Origin: the human T2T-CHM13v2.0 reference genome, Homo sapiens
DNA length: 64,000 nucleotides
Reading direction: 5' to 3' (one strand)
NCBI RefSeq assembly: GCF_009914755.1
Contig: NC_060946.1
A program made the position numbers and the translations under genes. Positions 1 through 15,000 of the stretch are shown in pieces. Under the pieces are notes generated by a model. The model searched no databases. It was not told the origin of the DNA and saw only the letters and a program-made list of their open reading frames with translations. Within the stretch, counting starts at the first letter, position 1, and every line of letters begins with the position of its first letter.

Positions 1-3000
1 TATAGATTATATACTGTACATAAAATATCAAAGTACCCCTAATATACATTATATAGTGTACATGAAATATCAAAATACACAAACTATATATTATATAGTG
101 TACTTAAAATATCAAAGTACCCAAGGTATGTATTCTATACTGTACAAAAAATATCAAAGTTCCCAAAGTAAGTATTATATACCGTACATAAAATATGAAA
201 GTACATCAAATATATATTTTATTCTCTACATAAAATATGAAAGTACACAAGATATATATTTTATATATAATATAAATACATAAGTACATAAAATATCAAA
301 GTACACAAACTATATTATGTACTGTACATAAAATATGAAATTTCATCAAATATATATTAGGTACATAAAATATGAAAGTACATCAAATATAGATTGTATA
401 CTGTACATAAAATATCAAAGTACACCAAATATATATTATATACTGAACATGAAATATCAAAGTTCACAAACTATATATTATATACTGTACATAAAATATC
501 AAAGTACCCAAGGTATATATTCTATTCTGTTCAAAAAATATCAAAGTACCCAAAGCATGTATTATATATTGTACATAAAATATGAAAGTACATCAAATAT
601 ATATTTTATTCTGTACATAAAATACCAAAGTACACCAGATATATATTATATGGTGTACATAAAATATCAATGTACCCAATCTATACATTATATACTGTAC
701 ATAAAATATCAAATTACATCAAATATATATTATATTAGGTACATAAAATATGAAAGTACATCAAATATATATTTTATTCTGTACATAAAATATCAAAGTA
801 CACCAGATATATATTCTATAGTGTACATAAAATATCAAAGTAGCCAAACTATACATTATATACTGTACATAAAATATGAAATTACATCAAATATATATTA
901 TATTAGGTACATAAAATATGAAAGTACATGAAATATAGATTATATACTGTACATAAAATATCAAAGTACCCCAAATATATATTACATACTCTACATGAAA
1001 TATCAAATTTCACAAGCTATATATTATATAGTGTACATAAATTATCAAAGTACCCAAGGTATATATTCTATGCTGTACAAAAAATATCAAAGTACCCAAA
1101 GCATGTATTATATACTGTATATAAATTATGAAAGTACATCAAATATATATTTTATTCTGTACATAAAATATCAAACTACACCAGATATATATTCTATAGT
1201 GTACATAAAATAACAAAGTACACAAACTATAAATTATATACTGTACATAAAATATGAAATTACATCAAATATATATTAGGTACATAAAATATGAAAGTAC
1301 ATCAAATATAGATTATATACTGTACATATAATATCAATGTACCCCAAATATATATTTTGTACTCTACATGAAATATCAAAGTTCACAAACCATATATTAT
1401 ATAGTGTACATAAAATATCAAAGTACCCAAGGTATATATTCTATACTGTACAAAAAATATCAAAGTACCCAAAGCCTGTATTATATACTGTACATAAAAT
1501 ATGAAAGTACATCAAATATATATTTTATTCTGTACATAAAATATCAAAGTACACCAGATATATATTCTATAGTGTACATAAAATATCAAAGTACCCAAAC
1601 TATACATTATATACTGTACATAAAATATGAAATTACATCAAATATATATTATATTAGGTACATAAAATATGAAAGTACATCAAATATAGATTATATCCTG
1701 TACATAAAATATCAAAGTACCCCAAATATATATTATATAGTGTACATGAAATATCAAACTTCACAAACTATATATTATATACTGTACATAAAATAGCAAA
1801 GTACCGAAGGTATATATTCTATCCTGTACAAAAAATATCAAGGTACCCAAAGCATGTATTATATACTGTATATAAAATATGAAAGTACATCAAATATATA
1901 TTTTATTCTGTACATAAAATATCAAAGTACACCAGATATATATTCTATAGTGTACATAAAATAACAAAGTACAAAAACTATAAATTATATACTGTACATA
2001 AAATATGAAATTACATCAAATATATATTGGTACATAAAATATGAAAGTACATCCAATATAGATTATATACTGTACATAAAATATCAATGTACCACAAATA
2101 TATATTTTATACTCTACATGAAATATCAAAGTTCACAAACCATATATTATATACTGTACATAAAATATCAAAGTACCCAAGGTATATATTCTATACTGTA
2201 CAAAAAATATCAAAGTACCCAAAGCATGTATTATATACTGTACATAAAATATGAAAGTACATCAAATATATATTTTATTCTGTACATAAAATATCAAAGT
2301 ACACCAGATATTTATTCTATAGTGTACATAAAATATCAAAGTACCCAAACTATACATTATATACTGTACATAAAATATGAAATTACATCAAATATATATT
2401 ATATTAGGTACATAAAATATGAAAGTACATCAAATATAGATTATATACTGTACATAAAATATCAAAGTACCCCAAATATATATTATATACTGTATATGAA
2501 ATATCAAAGTTCACAAACTATATATTATATACTGTACATAAAATATTAAAGTACCCAAGGTATATATTCTATACTGCACAAAAAAATCAAAGTACCCAAA
2601 GCATGTATTGTATACTGTATATAAAATATGAAAGTACATCAAATATATATTTTATTCTGTACATTATATATCAAAGTACACCAGATATATATTCTATAGT
2701 GTACATAAAATAACAAAGTACACAAACTATAAATTATATACTGTACATAAAATATGAAATTACATCAAATATATATTAGGTACATAAAATATGAAAGTAC
2801 ATCAAATATAGATTATATACTGTACATAAAATATCAATGTACCCCAAATATATATTTTATACTCTACATGAAATATCAAAGTTCACAAACCATATAGTGT
2901 ATACTGTACATAAAATATCAAAGTACCAAAGGTATGTATTCTATACTGTACAAAAAATATCAAAGTACCCAAAGCATGTATTATATACTGTACATAAAAT

Positions 3001-6000
3001 ATGAAAGTACATCAAAAATATATGTTTAATTCTGTACATAAAATATCAAAGTACACCAGATATATATTCTATAGTGTACATAAAATATCAAAGTACCCAA
3101 ACTATTTATTATATACTGTACATAAAATATGAAATTACATCAAATATGTATTATATTAGGAACATAAAATACGAAAGTACATCAAATATAGATTATATAC
3201 TGTACATAAAATATCAAAGTACCCCAAATATATATTATATACTCTACATGAAATATCAAAGTTCACAAACTATATATTATATACTGTACATAAAATATCA
3301 AAGTACCCAAGGTATATATTCTATACTGTACAAAAAATATCAAAGTACCCAAAGCATGTATTATATACTGTACATAAAATATGAAAGTACATCAAATATA
3401 TATTTTATTCTGTACATAAAATATCAAGGTACACCAGATATATATTCTATAGTGTACATAAAATATCAAAGTACCCAAAGTATAAATTATATACTGTACA
3501 TAAAATATGAAATTACATCAAATATATATTATATTAGGTACATAAAATATGAAAGTACATCAAATATAGATTATATACTGTACATTAAATACCAAAGTAC
3601 CCCAAATATATATTTTATACTGTACATGAAATATCAAAGTTCACAAACTATATGTTATATACTGTACATAAAATATCAAAGTACCCGAGGTATATATTCT
3701 ATACTGTACAAAAAATATCAAAGTACCCAAAGCATGTATTATATACTGTACATAAAATATGAAAGTACATCAAATATATATTTTATTCTGTACATAAAAT
3801 ATCAAAGTACACCAGATATATATTCTATAGTGTACATAAAATATAAAAGTACCCAAACTATACATTATATACTGTACATAAAATATGAAATTACATCAAA
3901 TATATTTTATATTAGGTACATAAAATATGAAAGTACATCAAATATAGATTATATACTGTACATTAAATACCAAAGTACCCCAAATATATATTTTATACTG
4001 TACATGAAATATCAAAGTTCACAAACTACATATTATATACTGTACATATAATATCAAAGTACCCGAGGTATATATTCTATACTGTACAAAAAATAACAAA
4101 GTACCAAAAGCATGTAATATATACTGTACCTAAAATATGAAAGTACATCAAATATATATTTTATTCTTTACATAAAATATCAAAGTACACCAGATATATA
4201 TTCTATAGTGTACATAAAATATCAAAGTACCCAAACTATACATTATATACTGTACATAAAATATGAAATTACATCAAATATATATTAGGTACATAAAATA
4301 TGAAAGTACATCAAATATAGATTATATACTGTACATAAAATATCAAAGTACCCCAAATATATATTATATACTGTACATGAAATATCAGAGTTCACAAACT
4401 ATATATTATATACTGTACATAAAATATCAAAGTACCCAAGGTATATATTCTATACTGTACAAAAAATATCAAAGTACCCAAAGCATGTATTATATACTGT
4501 ACATAAAATATGAAAGTACATCAAATATATATTTTATTCTGTACATAAAATATCAAAGTACACCAGATATGTATTCTATAGTGTACATAAAATAACAAAG
4601 TACAAAAACTATAAAATATATACTGTACATAAAATATGAAATTACATCAAATATATATTAAGTACATAAAATATGAAAGTACATCAAATATAGATTATAT
4701 ACTGTATATAAAATATCAATGTACCCCAAATATATATGTTATACTCTACATGAAATATCAAAGTTCACAAACCATATATTATATACTGTACATAAAATAT
4801 CAAAGTACCCAAGTTATAAATTCTATACTATACAAAAAATATCAAAGTACCCAAAACATGTATTATATACTGTACATAAAATATGAAAGTACATCAAATA
4901 TATATTTTATTCTTTACATAAAATATCAAAGTACACCAGATATATATTCTATAGTGTACATAAAATATCAAAGTATCCAAACTATACATTATATACTGTA
5001 CATAAAATATGAGATTACATCAAATATATATTATATTAGGTACATAAAATATGAAAGTACATCAAATATAGATTATATACTGTACATAAAATATCAAAGT
5101 ACCCCAAATATATATTATATACTCTACATGAAATATCAAAGTTCACAAACTATATATTATATACTGTACATAAAATATCAAAGTACCCAAGGTATATATT
5201 CTATACTGTACAAAAAATATCAAAGTACCCAAAGCATGTATTATATACTGTACATAAAATATGAAATTACATCAAATATATATTTTATTCTGTACATAAA
5301 ATATCAAAGTACACCAGATATATATTCTATAGTGTACATAAAATTACAAAGTACACAAACTATACATTATATACTGTACATAAAATATGAAATTACATCA
5401 AATATATATTAGGTACATAAAATATGAAAGTACATCAAATATAGATTATATACTGTACATAAAATATCAAAGTACCCCAAATATATATTTTGTACTCTAC
5501 ATGAAATATCAAAGTTCACAAACCATATATTATATAGTGTACATAAAATATCAAAGTACCCAAGGTATATATTCTATACTGTACAAAAAATATCAAAGTA
5601 CCCAAAGCCTGTATTATATACTGTACATAAAATATGAAAGTACATCAAATATATATTTTATTCTGTACATAAAATATCAAAGTACACCAGATATATATTC
5701 TATAGTGTACATAAAATATCAAAGTACCCAAACTATACATTATATACTGTACATAAAATATGAAATTACATCAAATATATATTATATTAGGTACATAAAA
5801 TATGAAAGTACATCAAATATAGATTATATACTGTACAAAAAATATCAAAGTACCCCAAATATATATTATATACTGTACATGAAATATCAAAGTTCACAAA
5901 CTATATATTATATACTGTACATAAAATATTAAAGTACCCAAGGTATATATTCTATACTGCACAAAAAAATCAAAGTACCCAAAGCATGTATTATATAGTG

Positions 6001-9000
6001 TATATAAAATATGAAAGTACATCAAATATATATTTTATTCTGTACATTATATATCAAAGTACACCAGATATATATTCTATAGTGTACATAAAATAACAAA
6101 GTACACAAACTATAAATTATATACTGTACATAAAATATGAAATTACATCAAATATATATTAGGTACATAAAATATGAAAGTACATCAAATATAGATTATA
6201 TACTGTACATAAAATATCAATGTACCCCAAATATATATTTTATACTCTACATGAAATATCAAAGTTCACAAACCATATATTGTATACTGTACATAAAATA
6301 TCAAAGTACCAAAGGTATGTATTCTATACTGTACAAAAAATATCAAAGTACCCAAAGCATGTATTATATACTGTACATAAAATATGAAAGTACATCAAAA
6401 ATATATATTTAATTCTGTACATAAAATATCAAAGTACACCATATATATATACTATAGTGTACATAAAATATCAAAGTACCCAAACTATTTATTATATACT
6501 GTACATAAAATATGAAATTACATCAAATATATATTATATTAGGAACATAAAATACGAAAGTACATCAAATATAGATTATATACTGTACATAAAATATCAA
6601 AGTACCCCAAATATATATTATATACTCTACATGAAATATCAAAGTTCACAAACTATATATTATATACTGTACATAAAATATCAAAGTACCCAAGGTATAT
6701 ATTCTATACTGTACAAAAAATATCAAAGTACCCAAAGCATGTATTATATACTGTACATAAAATATGAAAGTACATCAAATATATATTTTATTCTGTACAT
6801 AAAATATCAAGGTACACCAGATATATATTCTATAGTGTACATAAAATATCAAAGTACCCAAAGTATAAATTATATACTGTACATAAAATATGAAATTACA
6901 TCAAATATATTTTATATTAGGTACATAAAATATGAAAGTACATCAAATATAGATTATATACTGTATATTAAATATCAAAGTACCCCAAATATATATTTTA
7001 TACTGTACATGAAATATCAAAGTTCACAAACTATATGTTATATACTGTACATAAAATATCAAAGTACCCGAGGTATATATTCTATACTGTACAAAAAATA
7101 TCAAAGTACCCAAAGCATGTATTATATACTGTACATAAAATATGAAAGTACATCAAATATATATTTTATTCTGTACATAAAATATCAAAGTACACCAGAT
7201 ATATATTCTATAGTGTACATAAAATATAAAAGTACCCAAACTATACATTATATACTGTACATAAAATATGAAATTACATCAAATATATTTTATATTAGGT
7301 ACATAAAATATGAAAGTACATCAAATATAGATTATATACTGTACATTAAATACCAAAGTACCCCAAATATATATTTTATACTGTACATGAAATATCAAAG
7401 TTCACAAACTACATATTATATACTGTACATATAATATCAAAGTACCCGAGGTATATATTCTATACTGTACAAAAAATAACAAAGTACCAAAAGCATGTAA
7501 TATATACTGTACCTAAAATATGAAAGTACATCAAATATATATTTTATTCTTTACATAAAATATCAAAGTACACCAGATATATATTCTATAGTGTACATAA
7601 AATATCAAAGTACCCAAACTATACATTATATACTGTACATAAAATATGAAATTACATCAAATATATATTAGGTACATAAAATATGAAAGTACATCAAATA
7701 TAGATTATATACTGTACATAAAATATCAAAGTACCCCAAATATATATTATATACTGTACATGAAATATCAGAGTTCACAAACTATATATTATATACTGTA
7801 CATAAAATATCAAAGTACCCAAGGTATATATTCTATACTGTACAAAAAATATCAAAGTACCCAAAGCATGTATTATATACTGTACATAAAATATGAAATT
7901 ACATCAAATATATATTTTATTCTGTACATAAAATATCAAAGTACACCAGATATATATTCTATAGTGTACATAAAATTACAAAGTACACAAACTATACATT
8001 ATATACTGTACATAAAATATGAAATTACATCAAATATATATTAGGTACATAAAATATGAAAGTACATCAAATATAGATTATATACTGTACATAAAATATC
8101 AAAGTACCCCAAATATATATTTTGTACTCTACATGAAATATCAAAGTTCACAAACCATATATTATATAGTGTACATAAAATATCAAAGTACCCAAGGTAT
8201 ATATTCTATACTGTACAAAAAATATCAAAGTACCCAAAGCCTGTATTATATACTGTACATAAAATATGAAAGTACATCAAATATATATTTTATTCTGTAC
8301 ATAAAATATCAAAGTACACCAGATATATATTCTATAGTGTACATAAAATATCAAAGTACCCAAACTATACATTATATACTGTACATAAAATATGAAATTA
8401 CATCAAATATATATTATATTAGGTACATAAAATATGAAAGTACATCAAATATAGATTATATACTGTACAAAAAATATCAAAGTACCCCAAATATATATTA
8501 TATACTGTACATGAAATATCAAAGTTCACAAACTATATATTATATACTGTACATAAAATATTAAAGTACCCAAGGTATATATTCTATACTGCACAAAAAA
8601 ATCAAAGTACCCAAAGCATGTATTATATACTGTATATAAAATATGAAAGTACATCAAATATATATTTTATTCTGTACATTATATATCAAAGTACACCAGA
8701 TATATATTCTATAGTGTACATAAAATAACAAAGTACACAAACTATAAATTATATACTGTACATAAAATATGAAATTACATCAAATATATATTAGGTACAT
8801 AAAATATGAAAGTACATCAAATATAGATTATATACTGTACATAAAATATCAATGTACCCCAAATATATATTTTATACTCTACATGAAATATCAAAGTTCA
8901 CAAACCATATATTGTATACTGTACATAAAATATCAAAGTACCAAAGGTATGTATTCTATACTGTACAAAAAATATCAAAGTACCCAAAGCATGTATTATA

Positions 9001-11950
9001 TACTGTACATAAAATATGAAAGTACATCAAAAATATATATTTAATTCTGTACATAAAATATCAAAGTACACCAGATATATATTCTATAGTGTACATAAAA
9101 TATCAAAGTACCCAAACTATTTATTATATACTGTACATAAAATATGAAATTACATCAAATATATATTATATTAGGAACATAAAATACGAAAGTACATCAA
9201 ATATAGATTATATACTGTACATAAAATATCAAAGTACCCCAAATATATATTATATACTCTACATGAAATATCAAAGTTCACAAACTATATATTATATACT
9301 GTACATAAAATATCAAAGTACCCAAGGTATATATTCTATACTGTACAAAAAATATCAAAGTACCCAAAGCATGTATTATATACTGTACATAAAATATGAA
9401 AGTACATCAAATATATATTTTATTCTGTACATAAAATATCAAGGTACACCAGATATATATTCTATAGTGTACATAAAATATCAAAGTACCCAAAGTATAA
9501 ATTATATACTGTACATAAAATATGAAATTACATCAAATATATATTATATTAGGTACATAAAATATGAAAGTACATCAAATATAGATTATATACTGTACAT
9601 TAAATATCAAAGTACCCCAAATATATATTTTATACTGTACATGAAATATCAAAGTTCACAAACTATATGTTATATACTGTACATAAAATATCAAACTACC
9701 CGAGGTATATATTCTATACTGTACAAAAAATATCAAAGTACCCAAAGCATGTATTATATACTGTACATAAAATATGAAAGTACATCAAATATATATTTTA
9801 TTCTGTACATAAAATATCAAAGTACACCAGATATATATTCTATAGTGTACATAAAATATAAAAGTACCCAAACTATACATTATATACTGTACATAAAATA
9901 TGAAATTACATCAAATATATTTTATATTAGGTACATAAAATATGAAAGTACATCAAATATAGATTATATACTGTACATTAAATACCAAAGTACCCCAAAT
10001 ATATATTTTATACTGTACATGAAATATCAAAGTTCACAAACTACATATTATATACTGTACATATAATATCAAAGTACCCGAGGTATATATTCTATAGTGT
10101 ACAAAAAATAACAAAGTACCAAAAGCATGTAATATATACTGTACCTAAAATATGAAAGTACATCAAATATATATTTTATTCTTTACATAAAATATCAAAG
10201 TACACCAGATATATATTCTATAGTGTACATAAAATATCAAAGTACCCAAACTATACATTATATACTGTACATAAAATATGAAATTACATCAAATATATAT
10301 TAGGTACATAAAATATGAAAGTACATCAAATATAGATTATATACTGTACATAAAATATCAAAGTACCCCAAATATATATTATATACTGTACATGAAATAT
10401 CAGAGTTCACAAACTATATATTATATACCGTACATAAAATATCAAAGTACCCAAGGTATATATTCTATACTGTACAAAAAATATCAAAGTACCCAAAGCA
10501 TGTATTATATACTGTACATAAAATATGAAAGTACATCAAATATATATTTTATTCTGTACATAAAATATCAAAGTACACCAGATATGTATTCTATAGTGTA
10601 CATAAAATAACAAAGTACAAAAACTATAAAATATATACTGTACATAAATTATGAAATTACATCAAATATATATTAAGTACATAAAATATGAAAGTACATC
10701 AAATATAGATTATATACTGTACATAAAATATCAATGTACCCCAAATATATATGTTATACTCTACATGAAATATCAAAGTTCACAAACCATATATTATATA
10801 CTGTACATAAAATATCAAAGTACCCAAGTTATAAATTCTATACTATACAAAAAATATCAAAGTACCCAAAACATGTATTATATACTGTACATAAAATATG
10901 AAAGTACATCAAATATATATTTTATTCTTTACATAAAATATCAAAGTACACCAGATATATATTCTATAGTGTACATAAAATATCAAAGTACCCAAACTAT
11001 ACATTATATACTGTACATAAAATATGAGATTACATCAAATATATATTATATTAGGTACATAAAATATGAAAGTACATCAAATATAGATTATATACTGTAC
11101 ATAAAATATCAAAGTACCCCAAATATATATTATATACTCTACATGAAATATCAAAGTTCACAAACTATATATTATATACTGTACATAAAATATCAAAGTA
11201 CCCAAGGTATATATTCTATACTGTACAAAAAATATCAAAGTACCCAAAGCATGTATTATATACTGTACATAAAATATGAAATTACATCAAATATATATTT
11301 TATTCTGTACATAAAATATCAAAGTACACCAGATATATATTCTATAGTGTACATAAAATTTCAAAGTACACAAACTATACATTATATACTGTACATAAAA
11401 TATGAAATTACATCAAATATATATTAGGTACATAAAATATGAAGTACATCAAATATAGATTATATACTGTACATAAAATATCAAAGTACCCCAAATATAT
11501 ATTTTGTACTCTACATGAAATATCAAAGTTCACAAACCATATATTATATAGTGTACATAAAATATCAAAGTACCCAAGGTATATATTCTATACTGTACAA
11601 AAAATATCAAAGTACCCAAAGCCTGTATTATATACTGTACATAAAATATGAAAGTACATCAAATATATATTTTATTCTGTACATAAAATATCAAAGTACA
11701 CCAGATATATATTCTATAGTGTACATAAAATATCAAAGTACCCAAACTATACATTATATACTGTACATAAAATATGAAATTACATCAAATATATATTAAG
11801 TACATAAAATATGAAAGTACATCAAATATATATTATATACTGTACATAAAATATCAAAGTACCCAAGGTATATATTCTATACTGTACAAAAAATATCAAA
11901 GTACCCAAAGCTTGTATTATATACTGTACATAAAATATGAAAGTACATCA
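1..11950 (+). repeat. Subfamily 'A' domain: mixed 378-bp and 373-bp HOR units
   Basis: Roughly every second unit has a 37-bp monomer (ATATATATTAGGTAC instead of ATATATATTATATTAGGTAC). ORF start spacings are 373 (4263 to 4636), 751 (4636 to 5387) and 750 (5387 to 6137). The CTCTACATG variant is frequent. Confidence 0.8.
5140..10530 (+). repeat. Tandem duplication with 2,632-bp period (about 7 HOR units)
   Basis: ORFs 5387/8019, 6137/8769, 6457/9089 and 7646/10278 are all offset by 2632. Marker TGCACAAAAAAATC is at 5958 and 8590. Flanking mismatches are at 5139/7771 and 7899/10531. A few internal SNPs differ between copies. Confidence 0.8.
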
Positions 11951-12009
11951 AAAATATATATTTAATTCTGTACATAAAATATCAAAGTACACCAGATATA
12001 TATTCTATA

Positions 12010-15000
12010 GTGTACATAAAATATCAAAGTACCCAAACTATACATTATATACTGTACATAAAATATGAAATTACATCAAACATATTTTATATTAGGTACA
12101 TAAAATATGAAAGTACATCAAATATAGATTATATACTGTACATTAAATACCAAAGTACCCCAAATATATATTTTATACTGTACATGAAATATCAAATTTC
12201 CCAAACTATATATTATATACTGTACATATAATATCAAAGTACCCAAGGCATATATTCTATACTGTACAAAAAATAAGAAAGTACCAAAAGCATGTATTAT
12301 ATACTGTACCTAAAATATGAAAGTACATCAAATATATATTTTATTCTGTGCATAAAATATCAAAATTCACCAGATATATATTCTATAGTGTACATAAAAT
12401 ATCAAAGTACCCAAACTATACATTATATACTGTAAATAAAATATGAAATTACATCAAATATATTTTATATTAGGTACATAAAATATGAAAGTACATCAAA
12501 TATAGATTATATACTGTACATTAAATACCAAATTACCCCAAATATATATTTTATACTGTACATGAAATATCAAATTTCCCAAACTATATATTATATACTG
12601 TACATATAATATCAAAGTACCCAAGGTATATATTCTATACTGTACAAAAAATAACAAAGTACCAAAAGCATGTATTATATACTGTACCTAAAATATGAAA
12701 GTACATCAAATATATATTTTATTCTGTACATAAAATATCAAAGTACACCAGATATATATTCTATAGTGTACATAAAATATCAAAGTACCCAAACTATACA
12801 TTATATACTGTACATAAAATATGAAATTACATCAAATATATTTTATATTAGGTACATAAAATATGAAAGTACATCAAATATAGATTATATACTGTACATT
12901 AAATACCAAAGTACCCCAAATATATATTTTATACTGTACATGAAATATCAAATTTCACAAACTATATATTATATACTGTACATATAATATCAAAGTACCC
13001 AAGGTATATATTCTATACTGTACAAAAAATAACAAAATACCAAAAGCATGTATTATATACTGTACATAAAATATGAAAGTACATCAAATATATATTTTAT
13101 TCTGTACATAAAATATCAAAGTACACCAGATATATATTCTATAGTGTACATAAAATATCAAAGTACCCAAACTATACATTATATACTGTAAATAAAATAT
13201 GAAATTACATCAAATGTATTTTATATTAGGTACATAAAATATGAAAGTACATCAAATATATATTTTATTCTGTACATAAAATATCAAAGTACACCAGATA
13301 TATATTCTATAGTGTACATAAAATATCAAAGTACCCAAACTATAAATTATATACTGTACATAAAATATGAAATTACATCAAATATATTTTATATTAGGTA
13401 CATAAAATATGAAAGTACATCAAATATAGATTATATACTGTACATTAAATACCAAAGTACCCCAAATATATATTTTATACTGTACAAGAAATATGAAAAT
13501 ACACAAACTATATATTATATACTGTACATAAAATATCAAAGTACCCAAGGTATATATTCTATACTGTACAAAAAATAACAAAGTACCAAAAGCATGTATA
13601 ATATACTGTACATAAAATATGAAAGTACATCAAATATATATTTTATTCTGTACATAAAATATCAAAGTACACCAGATATATATTCTATAGTGTACATAAA
13701 ATATCAAAGTACCCAAACTATACATTATATACTGTACATAAAATATGAAATTACATCAAATATATTTTATATTAGGTACATAAAATATGAAAGTACATCA
13801 AATATAGATTATATACTGTACATTAAATACCAAAGTACCCCAGATATATATTTTATACTGTACATGAAATATCAAAATACACTAACTATATATTATATAC
13901 TGTACATAAAATATCAAAGTACCCAAGGTATATATTCTATACTGTACAAAAAATAACAAAGTACCAAAAGCATGTATAATATACTGTACCTAAAATATGA
14001 AAGTACATCAAATATATATTTTATTCTGTACATAAAATATCAAAGTACACCAGATATATATTCTATAGTGTACATAAAATATCAAAGTACCCAAACTATA
14101 CATTATATACTGTACATAAAATATGAAATTACATCAAATATGTTTTATATTAGGTACCTAAAATATGAAAGTACATCAAATATAGATTATATACTGTACA
14201 TTAAATACCAAAGTACCCCAAATATATATTTTATACTGTACATGAAATATCAAATTTCCCAAACTATATATTATATACTGTACATATAATATCAAAGTAC
14301 CCACAGTATATATTCTATACTGTACAAAAAATAACAAAGTACCAAAAGCATGTATTATATACTGTACCTAAAATATGAAAGTACATCAAATATATATTTT
14401 ATTCTGTACATAAAATATCAAAGTACACCAGATATATATTCTATACTGTACATAAAATATCAAAGTACCCAAGGTATATATTCTATACTGTACAAAAAAT
14501 AACAAAGTACCAAAAGCATGTATAATATACTGTACATAAAATATGAAAGTACATCAAATATATATTTTATTCTGTACATAAAATATCAAAGTACACCAGA
14601 TATATATTCTATAGTGTACATAAAATATCAAAGTACCCAAACTATACATTATATACTGTACATAAAATATGAAATTACATCAAATATATTTTATATTAGG
14701 TACATAAAATATGAAAGTACATCAAATATAGATTATATACTGTACATTAAATACCAAAGTACCCCAAATATATATTTTATACTGTACAGGAAATATCAAG
14801 GTTCACAAACTATATATTATATACTGTACATATAATATCAAAGTACCCAAGGTATATATTCTATACTGTACAAAAAATAACAAAGTACCAAAAGCATGTA
14901 TTATATACTGTACCTAAAATATGAAAGTACATCAAATATATATTTTATTCTGTACATAAAATATCAAAGTACACCAGATATATATTCTATAGTGTACATA

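Noticed and set aside
12430-12445. AATAAA polyadenylation-like signals (TGTAAATAAAA variant) and abundant TATA-like motifs
   Set aside because: These are expected by chance in very AT-rich DNA and arise from a single C>A variant. There is no supporting transcript context.
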